Shown in pieces: positions 30,595-40,169 of a stretch of 64,000 nucleotides of DNA. The notes under the pieces are model-generated. The model worked only from the letters and a program-made list of their open reading frames with translations. It was not told the origin of the DNA and made no database searches. A program made the translations under genes and the position numbers. Every line of letters starts with the position of its first letter. Position 1 is the first letter of the stretch. The stretch comes from an uncultured Actinomycetota bacterium (lineage in GTDB: Bacteria > Actinomycetota > Acidimicrobiia > Spongiisociales > UBA4744): NCBI GenBank assembly GCA_963718995.1, contig CAVRAP010000019.1:32243-96242 (forward strand). The letters are read 5' to 3'.

Positions 30595-30612
30595 TTGTGA
30601 ATCAATTCACAA
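30595..30612. promoter_or_regulatory. Rex operator
   Basis: TTGTGAA-TCAA-TTCACAA matches the Rex consensus TTGTGAA-N4-TTCACAA and abuts the AAGGAG RBS of the rhodanese gene. Confidence 0.8.
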
Positions 30613-30914
30613 CCTCCCTCGAACGCAATGATACAGGGGTGGATTCGCCGAAAGGCCCGGATGCGGGGGAATGAGGCACATCAAGAGAGGTACTTCGACC
30701 CTATGCGCTTCAGCGCATTTGTTCAGGTATCGAGCAGGTCCGCTGGGAGATGCCGTGGGGTGCTCGTGGCGGATCGAACCATGCAACCAACGGATTCCAG
30801 ACGGTCCTTGGTTGTCCGTTGTTCGGTGTACGACTGAGGCAGACGGTTGGAGCATCACCAGGTGGTCAACGCCGGGCATGGCACCCGGGAACCAATGAAC
30901 CAAGTGAAGGCCGC

Positions 30915-32079
30915 CTAGCTCCAATCGCAGGCCATCAAACGCAGCATGGCCGTGGTCCCCGCCACGATGCCCGTTTCGATGGCAGCTTCGTCGATGTCGA
31001 ACCAGGCGGAGTGCAGGTCGGTTTTACGGTCGGGTAGTTGCGTGCCGAGCCGGAAGAGGGCGCCCGGGATTTCCTGGAGGAAGTAGGAGAAGTCCTCGGC
31101 TCCGAGGCTGGCGTGCGTCAACGCTACGGCGTGGGTTCCCAGCACGCTTGACACTGCATACTCCACTTCGGCGACCACGAACTGGTCGTTGATCACCGGG
31201 GGGATCCCGATTTCGTAATTGATCGTGGCGGTCGCTCCGAGCGGCGCGACAATCTCATGGACGAGCCTTTCGATGAGTTTGGGCATCTGTTCCCAGGTGT
31301 CGTGGTCGAGCGACCTGCAGGTTCCACTCAACTCGACCGAGGCGGGGATCACGTTGCCGGCGATGCCGCCCTGCACACGCCCGAAGACCAGCGAGAGCGG
31401 CATGCGGGCGTCGACGAGACGGTCCAGGAAGGCCGGGAGCTGGGTGATGACCTGGCCGGCGGCGAAGATCGTGTCGACCGAGTCATGCGGCCGGGCCGTA
31501 TGGCCACCGGGGCCGTCGACCGTGATGAGGAACCTATCCGATGAGCTGGTGATCGCGCCGGTCTTGAACCCGATCTGGCCGGGGGGGAGCGTTGGATCAA
31601 CATGGAAGGCGATGATCGCTTGCAACCCCGTCGATGGCGCCCTCGCGCAACAAGTCGTCGGCTCCGCCGGGGAAGAGCTCCTCGGCCGGCTGGAAGAGGA
31701 ATCTCACACGACCGGGGAGCGGGCCCAGCTCCTTGAGGGCCAGGGCGATGCCGACGGCAATAGCGGTATGGGCATCATGCCCACACGCATGCATGAGGCC
31801 GGGGAGTTCTGAAGCGAAGGGGAGGCCGGTTTGCTCATGAATCGGAAGTGCGTCCAGGTCTGCGCGAAACCCCACCAGGGAACCATGCTCCCCAAGCTCG
31901 GCGATCAGGCCGGTGTCGGCCGTCCTGACCTGGCTCGTGATACCGGCCCCGGCCAGCGCCCGGACCACCAGTTGGGTGGTCGCGAATTCCTGGCGTCCGA
32001 GTTCCGGGCGGCGGTGGATCGCCCGGCGCAACTCCACGGCGCGGGGTGCCACCCGCGTCCGCAATGGCTCGAACGTCAT
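30915..32079 (-). CDS. M20 amidohydrolase; apparent indel near 31627
   Basis: HRRPELG..E, RADLDALP, MHACGHDAH, FQPAEE, GGHTARPH, AEDFS. Confidence 0.88.
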
Positions 32080-32179
32080 CGAGGTCGAATTCCATATCGG
32101 TAGGGGTACTTCCTGAACGCGAGTTTGGTTGGGTGCATGCTATCTCGTCGGGCAGACGGCCGGTAGTGGACCAGCAGGT

Positions 32180-35122
32180 TCAGTCCTTATAGAAGCTTTG
32201 CTCAACGAGTTTTCGAGCCCGTCTCGTGAGCCTCCGGTACTCCTCGCGGACCGAAGAACGCGGAGCATCGAATCGACCCAGAGAAAGGGCCAGGCGGGTC
32301 AATTCGTCCTGGTCGGTTGGAAGCGAATCGACCGGGCGGCCGAACTGAAGGAACAATCGGTTGCGCAGCATGCCGCAAAACCGGTACGCCGCACTGAGGT
32401 CCCGGGCCGCCTCTGGCGATAGATGTCCGGCATCAATCAGCCCTGCAAGGGCTGTCTCGGTCCCCGGTGTTTGCAGGCCGGGGTTTCGGCTGCCGAAGCG
32501 CATCTGGTGCAACTGGACGAGAAACTCGATGTCGTTCATGGCGCCTCGACCGAGCTTGAGGTGGAAATCCGGGTCCTCACCGGGGCCGAGCCGCTCCCGT
32601 TCGATGCGGGCTTTCATGGTGCGGATGGAGCGGATGGCGTCGGGGTTGAGGGTGTCGGGGTAGACGTGGGGGGAAATGAGTTGGGTGAAGCGTTGTCCGA
32701 GGTTGGGGTCGCCGGCGGCCGGGCGGGCTTTGATGAGCGATTGGAACTCCCAGGTTTGGGCCCATTTGTCGTAGTAGCCGGCGTACCCGTCCAGTGACCG
32801 GGCCAGGGGACCGTTCTTGCCTTCGGGGCGGAGGTCGGCGTCGACCCGGAAGGCGGCGCCTTCTGGGGTGACTTTGCCGAGGGCGGCCATGAACTCGGCT
32901 GCGATCTTGTTGGCGTACTGGCGGGCCGGTTCGGGGTCGACGTTGGGGGGCGTGTCGTAGACGAAGAGCAGGTCGATGTCGGAGGAGTAGTTGAGTTCTT
33001 GTCCGCCCCATTTGCCCATGGCGATCACCGTGAAGGGGATGGGGGGCAGGTCCGCGAAGAGAGGAGCGCGGCGGGTTTCCTGGTCGACGGCGGCCAGGGC
33101 GGCGGCGGCGGCTGCGTCGGCGGTGTCGGCCAGGTCCCGACCTACTTCGGGCATGGACACGTGACCCAACAGGTCCCGTACCGCAATCCACAACAACCGC
33201 CTCCGCACAAACCGCCGCACCGCCCGGAATTGCTCGGCATAGCTGGAGCGGAGCAGCACGTGGTGGGTGGCACTCTCGATGAGGGCCTCCTTGTCCGGGA
33301 GGGTGGCCAGGGCCCGGTCGTCGCCCAAACGGGAAAGGAACTCGGGGATTCGATCGAGCATCTGTCCGAGTAGACGACTCGTTCCCAGCAACCTGCAGAG
33401 ACGCTCCGCGGCAACCGGTACATCACGGAGCGTTCCGATCAGGGCGGCGTTGTCCGGGATGGAAGTCACCAGGAGTCGCAACTGCTCGAGCCCGAGATCC
33501 GGGTGGGGGGCGTCCGACAGCCAGTCCATCATCAGCGGCAACATCTGCTGCATGAGTCGCGAGCGTCTCGACAAGCCTGTGGTCAGCTCGGCCAATGCCC
33601 GTTTTGCTGCAGCGGCGTCCTGGAAACCCAGCGCCGCGAGTTGCCTCGCCGCTCCTTCCGGTGAAAGGTTGACTGCCGGGGAAGCTGCGAACACTTCGAG
33701 CAGGGGTCGGTAGAAGAGGCGCTCGTGGATAGTGCGAATGGTTGCCCGATGGTGGACGAGTTCCTTCTCAAATTGATCGAGGGCGTTCTGCTGGTCGTCG
33801 TCGCGGAATCCCATGCTCTTTGCCAGACGGGTTCGGGAGGCCTGATCACCCGGCAGCGTGTGGGTCTGTTGCAGGTCGTACAACTGGATGCGATGTTCGA
33901 GGTTGCGCAACCACTGGTAGGACGTGGCCAGATCCTGGGCATCATCGTCGCGGACGTAGTCGTGTTCTCCCAGGGTCACGAGCACGTCGAGCGTATTGGG
34001 TGATCGCAGTCCGTCGTCGAATCGGCCGTGCACGAGTTGCAGCAACTGCACGGCAAACTCCACGTCCCGGATGCCGCCGAATCCCCGCTTGATCTCGGAA
34101 TGCGAAACCCCGCTCTCCTCGGCACGACCTTCGATGCGGGCTTTCATGGTGCGGATGGAGCGGATGGCGTCGGGGTTGAGGGTGTCGGGGTAGACGTGGG
34201 GGGAAATGAGTTGGGTGAAGCGTTGTCCGAGGTTGGGGTCGCCGGCGGCCGGGCGGGCTTTGATGAGCGATTGGAACTCCCAGGTTTGGGCCCATTTGTC
34301 GTAGTAGCCGGCGTACCCGTCCAGTGACCGGGCCAGGGGACCGTTCTTGCCTTCGGGGCGGAGGTCGGCGTCGACCCGGAAGGCGGCGCCTTCTGGGGTG
34401 ACTTTGCCGAGGGCGGCCATGAACTCGGTTGCGATCTTGTTGGCGTACTGGCGGGCCGGTTCGGGGTCGACGTTGGGGGGCGTGTCGTAGACGAAGAGCA
34501 GGTCGATGTCGGAGGAGTAGTTGAGTTCTTGTCCGCCCCATTTGCCCATGGCGATCACCGTGAAGGGGATGGGGGGCAGGTCCGCGAAGAGAGGAGCGCG
34601 GCGGGTTTCCTGGTCGACGGCGGCCAGGGCGGCGGCGGCGGCTGCGTCGGCGGTGTCGGCCAGGTCCCGACCTACTTCGGGCATGGACACGTGACCCAAC
34701 AGGTCCCGTACCGCAATCCACAACAACCGCCTCCGCACAAACCGCCGCACCGCCATCAGTCGGTCGGATGGCGAACAGTCTGCCGCGAGGGTCTCGAGCT
34801 TGGGCTCCTCGAACGGTCGGAACCAATCGGGTTTGGCTCGAATGGTTGCCGACAACGCCCGGCTCGAGCCGGCGATGGCCACCAGGGCCCGGCCGACGTC
34901 GAGGTCGGAGAGAGCCCGCCCGGCGAGGACGGGCCCGGCCTCGAGGATGGTGATGATCCGTTCCAGAGTGGGGAGGGGCTCCGGTCCGCTGCGAACCGTC
35001 CGAAGCAATTCCAGGGCCGGTTGAGCTACCAGGCCATCGTCGCCGATCCACCCGACCGCCGCGAAACGGGGGCGGAGCAGCTCGGAGATCCCCAGCCGGG
35101 TCGGCGAAGCGTCCGTGGTCAT
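32180..35122 (-). CDS. glnE: Bifunctional glutamine synthetase adenylyltransferase/deadenylylase
   Basis: Two MGKWGGQELNYSSDID and VDADLRPEG cores, each followed by a substrate-binding region (IKRGFGGIRDVEF; LKLGRGAMNDIEF). Confidence 0.93.
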   Translation of the reverse strand: MTTDASPTRLGISELLRPRFAAVGWIGDDGLVAQPALELLRTVRSGPEPLPTLERIITILEAGPVLAGRALSDLDVGRALVAIAGSSRALSATIRAKPDWFRPFEEPKLETLAADCSPSDRLMAVRRFVRRRLLWIAVRDLLGHVSMPEVGRDLADTADAAAAAALAAVDQETRRAPLFADLPPIPFTVIAMGKWGGQELNYSSDIDLLFVYDTPPNVDPEPARQYANKIATEFMAALGKVTPEGAAFRVDADLRPEGKNGPLARSLDGYAGYYDKWAQTWEFQSLIKARPAAGDPNLGQRFTQLISPHVYPDTLNPDAIRSIRTMKARIEGRAEESGVSHSEIKRGFGGIRDVEFAVQLLQLVHGRFDDGLRSPNTLDVLVTLGEHDYVRDDDAQDLATSYQWLRNLEHRIQLYDLQQTHTLPGDQASRTRLAKSMGFRDDDQQNALDQFEKELVHHRATIRTIHERLFYRPLLEVFAASPAVNLSPEGAARQLAALGFQDAAAAKRALAELTTGLSRRSRLMQQMLPLMMDWLSDAPHPDLGLEQLRLLVTSIPDNAALIGTLRDVPVAAERLCRLLGTSRLLGQMLDRIPEFLSRLGDDRALATLPDKEALIESATHHVLLRSSYAEQFRAVRRFVRRRLLWIAVRDLLGHVSMPEVGRDLADTADAAAAAALAAVDQETRRAPLFADLPPIPFTVIAMGKWGGQELNYSSDIDLLFVYDTPPNVDPEPARQYANKIAAEFMAALGKVTPEGAAFRVDADLRPEGKNGPLARSLDGYAGYYDKWAQTWEFQSLIKARPAAGDPNLGQRFTQLISPHVYPDTLNPDAIRSIRTMKARIERERLGPGEDPDFHLKLGRGAMNDIEFLVQLHQMRFGSRNPGLQTPGTETALAGLIDAGHLSPEAARDLSAAYRFCGMLRNRLFLQFGRPVDSLPTDQDELTRLALSLGRFDAPRSSVREEYRRLTRRARKLVEQSFYKD
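32600..33224. repeat. 625-nt intragenic direct repeat, copy in the C-terminal half of glnE
   Basis: Matches 34130-34754 (offset 1530) with one mismatch seen, 32899 vs 34429. Confidence 0.92.
34130..34754. repeat. 625-nt intragenic direct repeat, copy in the N-terminal half of glnE
   Basis: Matches 32600-33224. Confidence 0.92.
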
Positions 35123-35256
35123 GGGGCCAGGCTAGGCCACCATGCTGTGCCGTTCTTCTGTCGATAGCGATCAGCAGGACTCGGTAGGTGGCGCCGGGCC
35201 GTTGTTGGGGCATACCGCACGCGATTGGAGCGTGTCCGACCTTCTAGGCTTTCGGC

Positions 35257-36972
35257 ATGGACTTCCTACGCGTGGCCGGAGCCCAGCTGAACCTGGTGGT
35301 CGGTGACCTCGAGGGCAACCATGACCGAATTGCCGAGGCGATGGCTTGGGCCGAACAACAGCATGCAGATGTTCTCCTGCTTCCCGAACTGGCGGTCACG
35401 GGATACCCACCCGAAGACTTGTTGATCCGCCCGGCGTTCGTCCGGGCCAACCTGGACGTGCTCCGGCGGTTGGCGGCAGTCTCCGGCAACGTGGTGACGG
35501 TGGTGGGGTTCGCCGACCGGGTAGGGCCTATCGTCGATCCTCTCGAAGATGCAGCCGTGCGTAGCGTGGCCAACGCCGCCGCTCTGCTCTATCGAGGAGA
35601 AATTCGGGGGGTGTACCACAAGGTATTGCTGCCCAATTACGGAGTGTTCGACGAGGATCGGTACTTCGTCCCGGGGCGCGAGCCGGCCCGGGTCTGGGAT
35701 GTCGGCGGGGTGCCGGTCGGCGTTTCGATCTGCGAGGACATCTGGATTCCCGACGGTCCCCCCACCCATCAGGCGGGAGCCGGTGCGCGGGTGCTCCTCA
35801 ATATCAATGCGTCGCCCTATCACACCAACAAGGCGGAAGAACGGGCCAACCTGTTGGCCGGCCAGGCTTCGCGGTCCGGTGTTCCGGTGGTGTACGTCAA
35901 CCTCGTCGGTGGCCAGGACGAGCTGGTCTTTGAGGGAGACAGCATGGTCTTCGACGCTTCAGGCCGGTTGCTGTATCGAGCTGCCGAATTCAAGGAAGAG
36001 CGGTTTGTCGTGGACACACCCCTGGCGACCGTGCGAGCCCCCGGCGGCGCCGTCGTGACGGTCCGCCAGGAGCCTCTGGTCGATCGCCCCACCCGGCCCA
36101 TTCCTGAGTCGGTTCCTCGCCTCGAGCCGGAGGAAGCGGAGGTGTACCAGGCCCTTGTCACCGGTCTGCGCGACTACATCCACAAGAACGGGTTCAGCGA
36201 GGTTGTGATCGGGCTATCCGGCGGCATCGACTCTGCCCTCTCAGCCGCAGTCGCGGTGGATGCCCTCGGCGCCGGGGCCGTGTGGGGAGTCGCGATGCCG
36301 ACTCGATTCTCGTCGAAGGGATCCGTGCTCGACGCGGGGGATTTGGCCGAACGTCTGGGAATTCGATTCGAGATCATCCCGATCGACGACACGTTCGCGG
36401 AGTTCCTGGCTGCCCTGGAGCCGGCCTTCGCCGGCACCGAATTCGGCGTCGCCGAGGAGAACGTTCAGGCTCGTATTCGGGGAGCCATCCTCATGGCGCT
36501 TTCGAACAAATTCGGGCACATGGTGGTGACCACCGGTAACAAATCGGAAGTCGCGGTCGGATACGCCACTCTGTATGGCGACATGGCAGGTGGCTATTCC
36601 GTGCTCAAGGATGTCTTCAAGACGCTTGTCTACCGGTTGGCGGAGTGGCGGAATAGAGAGACCGAGGTGATTCCCCGATCCATCATCGACAAGCCACCGT
36701 CGGCGGAGCTGCGACCAGATCAGAAGGACAGCGACAGCCTGCCGGCGTACGATCTCCTTGATCAGGTCCTGGTCCGGTACGTTGAGCAGGATCGTTCCGT
36801 CCAGGAGATCATCGGTGACGGCTTCGACACAGACCTCGTGCATCGCATCGCCGGTCTGATCGACCGCAACGAGTACAAGCGCCGCCAGGCAGCCCCCGGG
36901 GTGAGGATCACCCGCAAAGCATTCGGGAAGGATCGCCGCCTCCCGATCACCAATCGATATCGGGAGGGATGA
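35257..36972 (+). CDS. nadE: Glutamine-dependent NAD+ synthetase
   Basis: Nitrilase-type PEL..TGYPPED and ICEDIW; SGGIDS; TGNKSE; PPSAEL. Confidence 0.95.
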   Translation: MDFLRVAGAQLNLVVGDLEGNHDRIAEAMAWAEQQHADVLLLPELAVTGYPPEDLLIRPAFVRANLDVLRRLAAVSGNVVTVVGFADRVGPIVDPLEDAAVRSVANAAALLYRGEIRGVYHKVLLPNYGVFDEDRYFVPGREPARVWDVGGVPVGVSICEDIWIPDGPPTHQAGAGARVLLNINASPYHTNKAEERANLLAGQASRSGVPVVYVNLVGGQDELVFEGDSMVFDASGRLLYRAAEFKEERFVVDTPLATVRAPGGAVVTVRQEPLVDRPTRPIPESVPRLEPEEAEVYQALVTGLRDYIHKNGFSEVVIGLSGGIDSALSAAVAVDALGAGAVWGVAMPTRFSSKGSVLDAGDLAERLGIRFEIIPIDDTFAEFLAALEPAFAGTEFGVAEENVQARIRGAILMALSNKFGHMVVTTGNKSEVAVGYATLYGDMAGGYSVLKDVFKTLVYRLAEWRNRETEVIPRSIIDKPPSAELRPDQKDSDSLPAYDLLDQVLVRYVEQDRSVQEIIGDGFDTDLVHRIAGLIDRNEYKRRQAAPGVRITRKAFGKDRRLPITNRYREG

Positions 36973-37024
36973 GGTCGGGTCCGGGTGCCGGGCTCATGAC
37001 GGCTTCGCCACTATCCTCTTGGCG

Positions 37025-37846
37025 ATGCGAGTACTGATCGACGGCCGTCCGGTCGACCCCCAACAAGCAATGATCTCCGTCTTCGACTGGGGACTGTTAC
37101 GCGGTGACGGCATCTTCGAGGCCATCCGCTGCTACCGGGGCCGCCTCTTCCAATTCGACGCGCATCTCGCCCGCCTCCAGCGAAGTGCCGCCCTCATGAA
37201 CCTTGATCTGCCGGAACTTTCGGAGATCACGCGCTGGGCGAAAGCGGTCGGGGAGGACGGCCAGGATTGCTCGATCCGGATCCTCGTTACCCGCGGCGGG
37301 TCCGATCCGGACGTCGAGAGCCCCAGTCGCGTTGTGGTGTTGTGGGAACCGATTCCCGATATCCCCGAGGCTATCTCAATGCGGCCGACTGCGGCACCCT
37401 GGCAGTCCGGGGGCATCCCCTGGGAACTCATGGGGGCGAAAACCCTCTCCTACGCCCCCAACATGTCCGCTTGGCGGACGGCCCGGGCGGAAGGATTCAG
37501 CGATGCGCTGCTGATCTCTCGGGACGACTACGTGCTCGAAGGCCCCACCTTCTCCATCGGTTGGGCAATCAACGGGAAGGTCGAGACGCCATCGCTCGAC
37601 CTCGGCATACTGGCGTCGATTACCCGGATGGTGACCCTGGAGGTGGCCGCCGACCTAGGGCTGCACGTCACCGAGGGTCGTTTCCATCTCGATCGTGTCC
37701 TGGAGGCGGACGAAGTCTTTGCCCTGTCCACCCTCAAGGAGGTCAAGACGGTCGACCGCGTCGGGTCAACCCGGTTTGAGGCCGGCCCCATCACCGGCAA
37801 GCTGGCGGCCGCCTACACCGCTCGCGTTGAAGCGGAGATGTCCTGA
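37025..37846 (+). CDS. Class IV PLP aminotransferase
   Basis: ISVFDWGLLRGDGIFE, AKTLSY, EGPT, GILASITR. Confidence 0.88.
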   Translation: MRVLIDGRPVDPQQAMISVFDWGLLRGDGIFEAIRCYRGRLFQFDAHLARLQRSAALMNLDLPELSEITRWAKAVGEDGQDCSIRILVTRGGSDPDVESPSRVVVLWEPIPDIPEAISMRPTAAPWQSGGIPWELMGAKTLSYAPNMSAWRTARAEGFSDALLISRDDYVLEGPTFSIGWAINGKVETPSLDLGILASITRMVTLEVAADLGLHVTEGRFHLDRVLEADEVFALSTLKEVKTVDRVGSTRFEAGPITGKLAAAYTARVEAEMS

Positions 37847-37918
37847 CCCAAGAAAACCAGGGAACTCTCGGGGACCCGCATCCGTTTGAGAAATAGCTAC
37901 AAAGGTAGAGTGACAACC

Positions 37919-38404
37919 ATGCGACGTTCTGTAATCCTCATCCTGGCTCTCGCCCTCGTCGTGACTGCCTGCAGTCGGGGCGACGACACCGAATTGACCA
38001 CCACCACCACCGATAGCAGTGTTCTGCAGACCACCTCTACGACCGTGTCCGGTAATGGAACCGACGGCGAGACCACCACCACGGTGGCCGGCACCGAGCC
38101 TCCGGAATACGAAATCATTGCGGGGAGCACCGGAGAAGGGGAGTATGTCGTCCTCATCGATCCCGGCACATACACCGAACAGGACCTCCGCAACCTCATG
38201 GTGGGGTTCGTTGACGATTACGCGCCCGTCACGGCCCACCTGATCGATTCCGAAGATGCCCGTGAGTTGGTGCTCCTGGACCAGGTCACCGAAGCCGAGC
38301 AAGCGATCCTCGATGCGCACTACTTTGCTCGGATCGTCGACGGAATCACGCTCGAGTTCCTCGGCCCGTACGCAGACCTCGAACCGGTGTACATCGGTTC
38401 CTGA
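37919..38404 (+). CDS. Putative lipoprotein
   Basis: Lipobox VTAC, Thr-rich linker. Confidence 0.7.
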   Translation: MRRSVILILALALVVTACSRGDDTELTTTTTDSSVLQTTSTTVSGNGTDGETTTTVAGTEPPEYEIIAGSTGEGEYVVLIDPGTYTEQDLRNLMVGFVDDYAPVTAHLIDSEDARELVLLDQVTEAEQAILDAHYFARIVDGITLEFLGPYADLEPVYIGS

Positions 38405-38468
38405 GCCAGCTCAATTTTTCCACCTCTTCGGTCGATACACCGGGTAAGACCCGAGGTGGAGGTTTCTG

Positions 38469-40067
38469 CTGGAACCACGTGTATTGCTCGTTGATCCGGA
38501 TCCTGTGGCGAGGACCGTCACCGCGAACGTCCTGTCCTCGGCCCGCTTGGAAGTAGTCGGTGAGGCTGCCAGCGGCGAACAGGCTCTCGCACTCGCGCGT
38601 ACCACGCATCCGACGGTGGCCGTTATCGATGCCGGGTTGTCCGGAATCGGACCGGCCAACACCGCCCGCCGGTTGCGCGAAGAAGCCGACCGCCGGATGG
38701 AAATTGTGGCCGTTGCCTCGTTCGAGAACATCGGCCGGATCGGAGACATGGTCGCGGCAGGTGCCGCTGCGTATGTCGTCAAGGGCAAACCGGCCGAACT
38801 GATCGCGGCAGTTCGATCGGTTTCGATTGGTTCGGGGCTGCTCTCCGCTGAGGCCAGTCGCCCGGTGCTCGAAGAAGTCTCTCGCCTCTACGATCGGGAA
38901 CGGGTTCGCAACGTCGAACTCGAGAAGATGGTGTCCCGTCTTCAGGCCCTGTCGGTAACCGACTCCCTGACCGGTCTCAAGAACCATGGCTTCTTCTTCG
39001 ATCGGCTGGCTGAGGAACTCGAACGGGGAGGGCGTTACGGGCGCCCGGTTGCGGTGATCATCGCTGATGTCGACAACTTCAAGCTGGTCAACGACGCATA
39101 CGGGCATGCTGCGGGAGACGCGGTGCTCAGGACGCTGGGAGATGTCTTCCGGACGCAGCTCCGCGAGGTCGATTTGGCCTGTCGAATCGGCGGTGAGGAG
39201 TTCGGGTTTGTTTTGCCCGAGACCGATGAAGAGGGCGGGATGCGGGCGGCCGAGAGGATCCGGACGGCCGTGGAGACGCACAACGTTCCTGAGGTCGGCA
39301 ACGTCACCGTCAGCCTCGGAGTGGCCGTGTTCCCCCATCACGCCACCGAGCGAGATGAGCTCCTCGAGTCGGCCGATACGGCCCTGTACCAGGCCAAGCA
39401 TGAGGGCAAGAACTGCTCGAGGCTGGCCGGCAGTTCATCCATGACCGTGCAGCTCACCAGGGCCCGGCCAACCACCGGCCCGGTCGTCGGCGCGCTCCTC
39501 GCAGCACTGCGGATGCGAGTGCCGTACCTGGCCGAGCACTCGGTGCGAGTGGCAGAACTGGCTCCCGAAATCGGGGAAGGGCTCGGCTTGTCCGTCGCCC
39601 GCTTGGGGCGGCTGCGGTTGGCAGCTCTCCTCCACGACGTCGGCATGTTGGGAGTTCCGGATTCCATCCTGGTCAAGCCCGGGCCGCTGGAACCCGCTGA
39701 GTGGGACGTCGTGCGCGACCATCCCCAAAACGGCTTCGACCTGGTCGTCGATGCGGTGCACGTTGAGGTGGCGGAAGCGGTGCTTTGTCATCATGAGCGG
39801 ATAGACGGGACCGGCTATCCCCGCGGGCTGGCCGGCGGAGAAGTCCCGCTGCTTGCGAGGATCTTGCTGGTTGCAGACGCCTTCGATGCAATGACGATGC
39901 CCAGGTCCTATCAGCGATCGCTCACTCGCGCCGACGCTCTCGCCGAACTCCGCCGGAACGTCGGCACACAATTCGACGCTAAAGTCGTCGACGTTCTCGC
40001 GACCCATGTGACCACCAGCGGAGCTTCCAACGTGCTCGAATTCCCGCGCCGCGGCCACACCGGCTGA
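38469..40067 (+). CDS. REC-GGDEF-HD-GYP c-di-GMP signalling protein; probable CTG start
   Basis: REC RVLLVD and VAVID; I-site REVD and GGEEF; LHDVG, HHERIDGTGYP. Confidence 0.9.
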   Translation: MEPRVLLVDPDPVARTVTANVLSSARLEVVGEAASGEQALALARTTHPTVAVIDAGLSGIGPANTARRLREEADRRMEIVAVASFENIGRIGDMVAAGAAAYVVKGKPAELIAAVRSVSIGSGLLSAEASRPVLEEVSRLYDRERVRNVELEKMVSRLQALSVTDSLTGLKNHGFFFDRLAEELERGGRYGRPVAVIIADVDNFKLVNDAYGHAAGDAVLRTLGDVFRTQLREVDLACRIGGEEFGFVLPETDEEGGMRAAERIRTAVETHNVPEVGNVTVSLGVAVFPHHATERDELLESADTALYQAKHEGKNCSRLAGSSSMTVQLTRARPTTGPVVGALLAALRMRVPYLAEHSVRVAELAPEIGEGLGLSVARLGRLRLAALLHDVGMLGVPDSILVKPGPLEPAEWDVVRDHPQNGFDLVVDAVHVEVAEAVLCHHERIDGTGYPRGLAGGEVPLLARILLVADAFDAMTMPRSYQRSLTRADALAELRRNVGTQFDAKVVDVLATHVTTSGASNVLEFPRRGHTG

Positions 40068-40069
40068 CC

Positions 40070-40134
40070 AAAACCCCGTTCTTGCGTGAGTTTCCCGCGT
40101 ATATTCGCGGTTTCTCACGCAAGAACGGGGTTTT
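40070..40134. repeat. Palindromic repeat, left of the AbiEi/DUF559 gene
   Basis: 21-nt perfect arms AAAACCCCGTTCTTGCGTGAG / CTCACGCAAGAACGGGGTTTT with inner CCGCG/CGCGG stem. Confidence 0.9.
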
Positions 40135-40169
40135 CCGGGCTTGTCGGACCCTCCTGGCATGGTGCCCTG

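Noticed and set aside
32600-34754. Diversity-generating retroelement template/variable repeat pair
   Set aside because: Only one mismatch, both copies lie inside one housekeeping ORF, and no reverse transcriptase is present.
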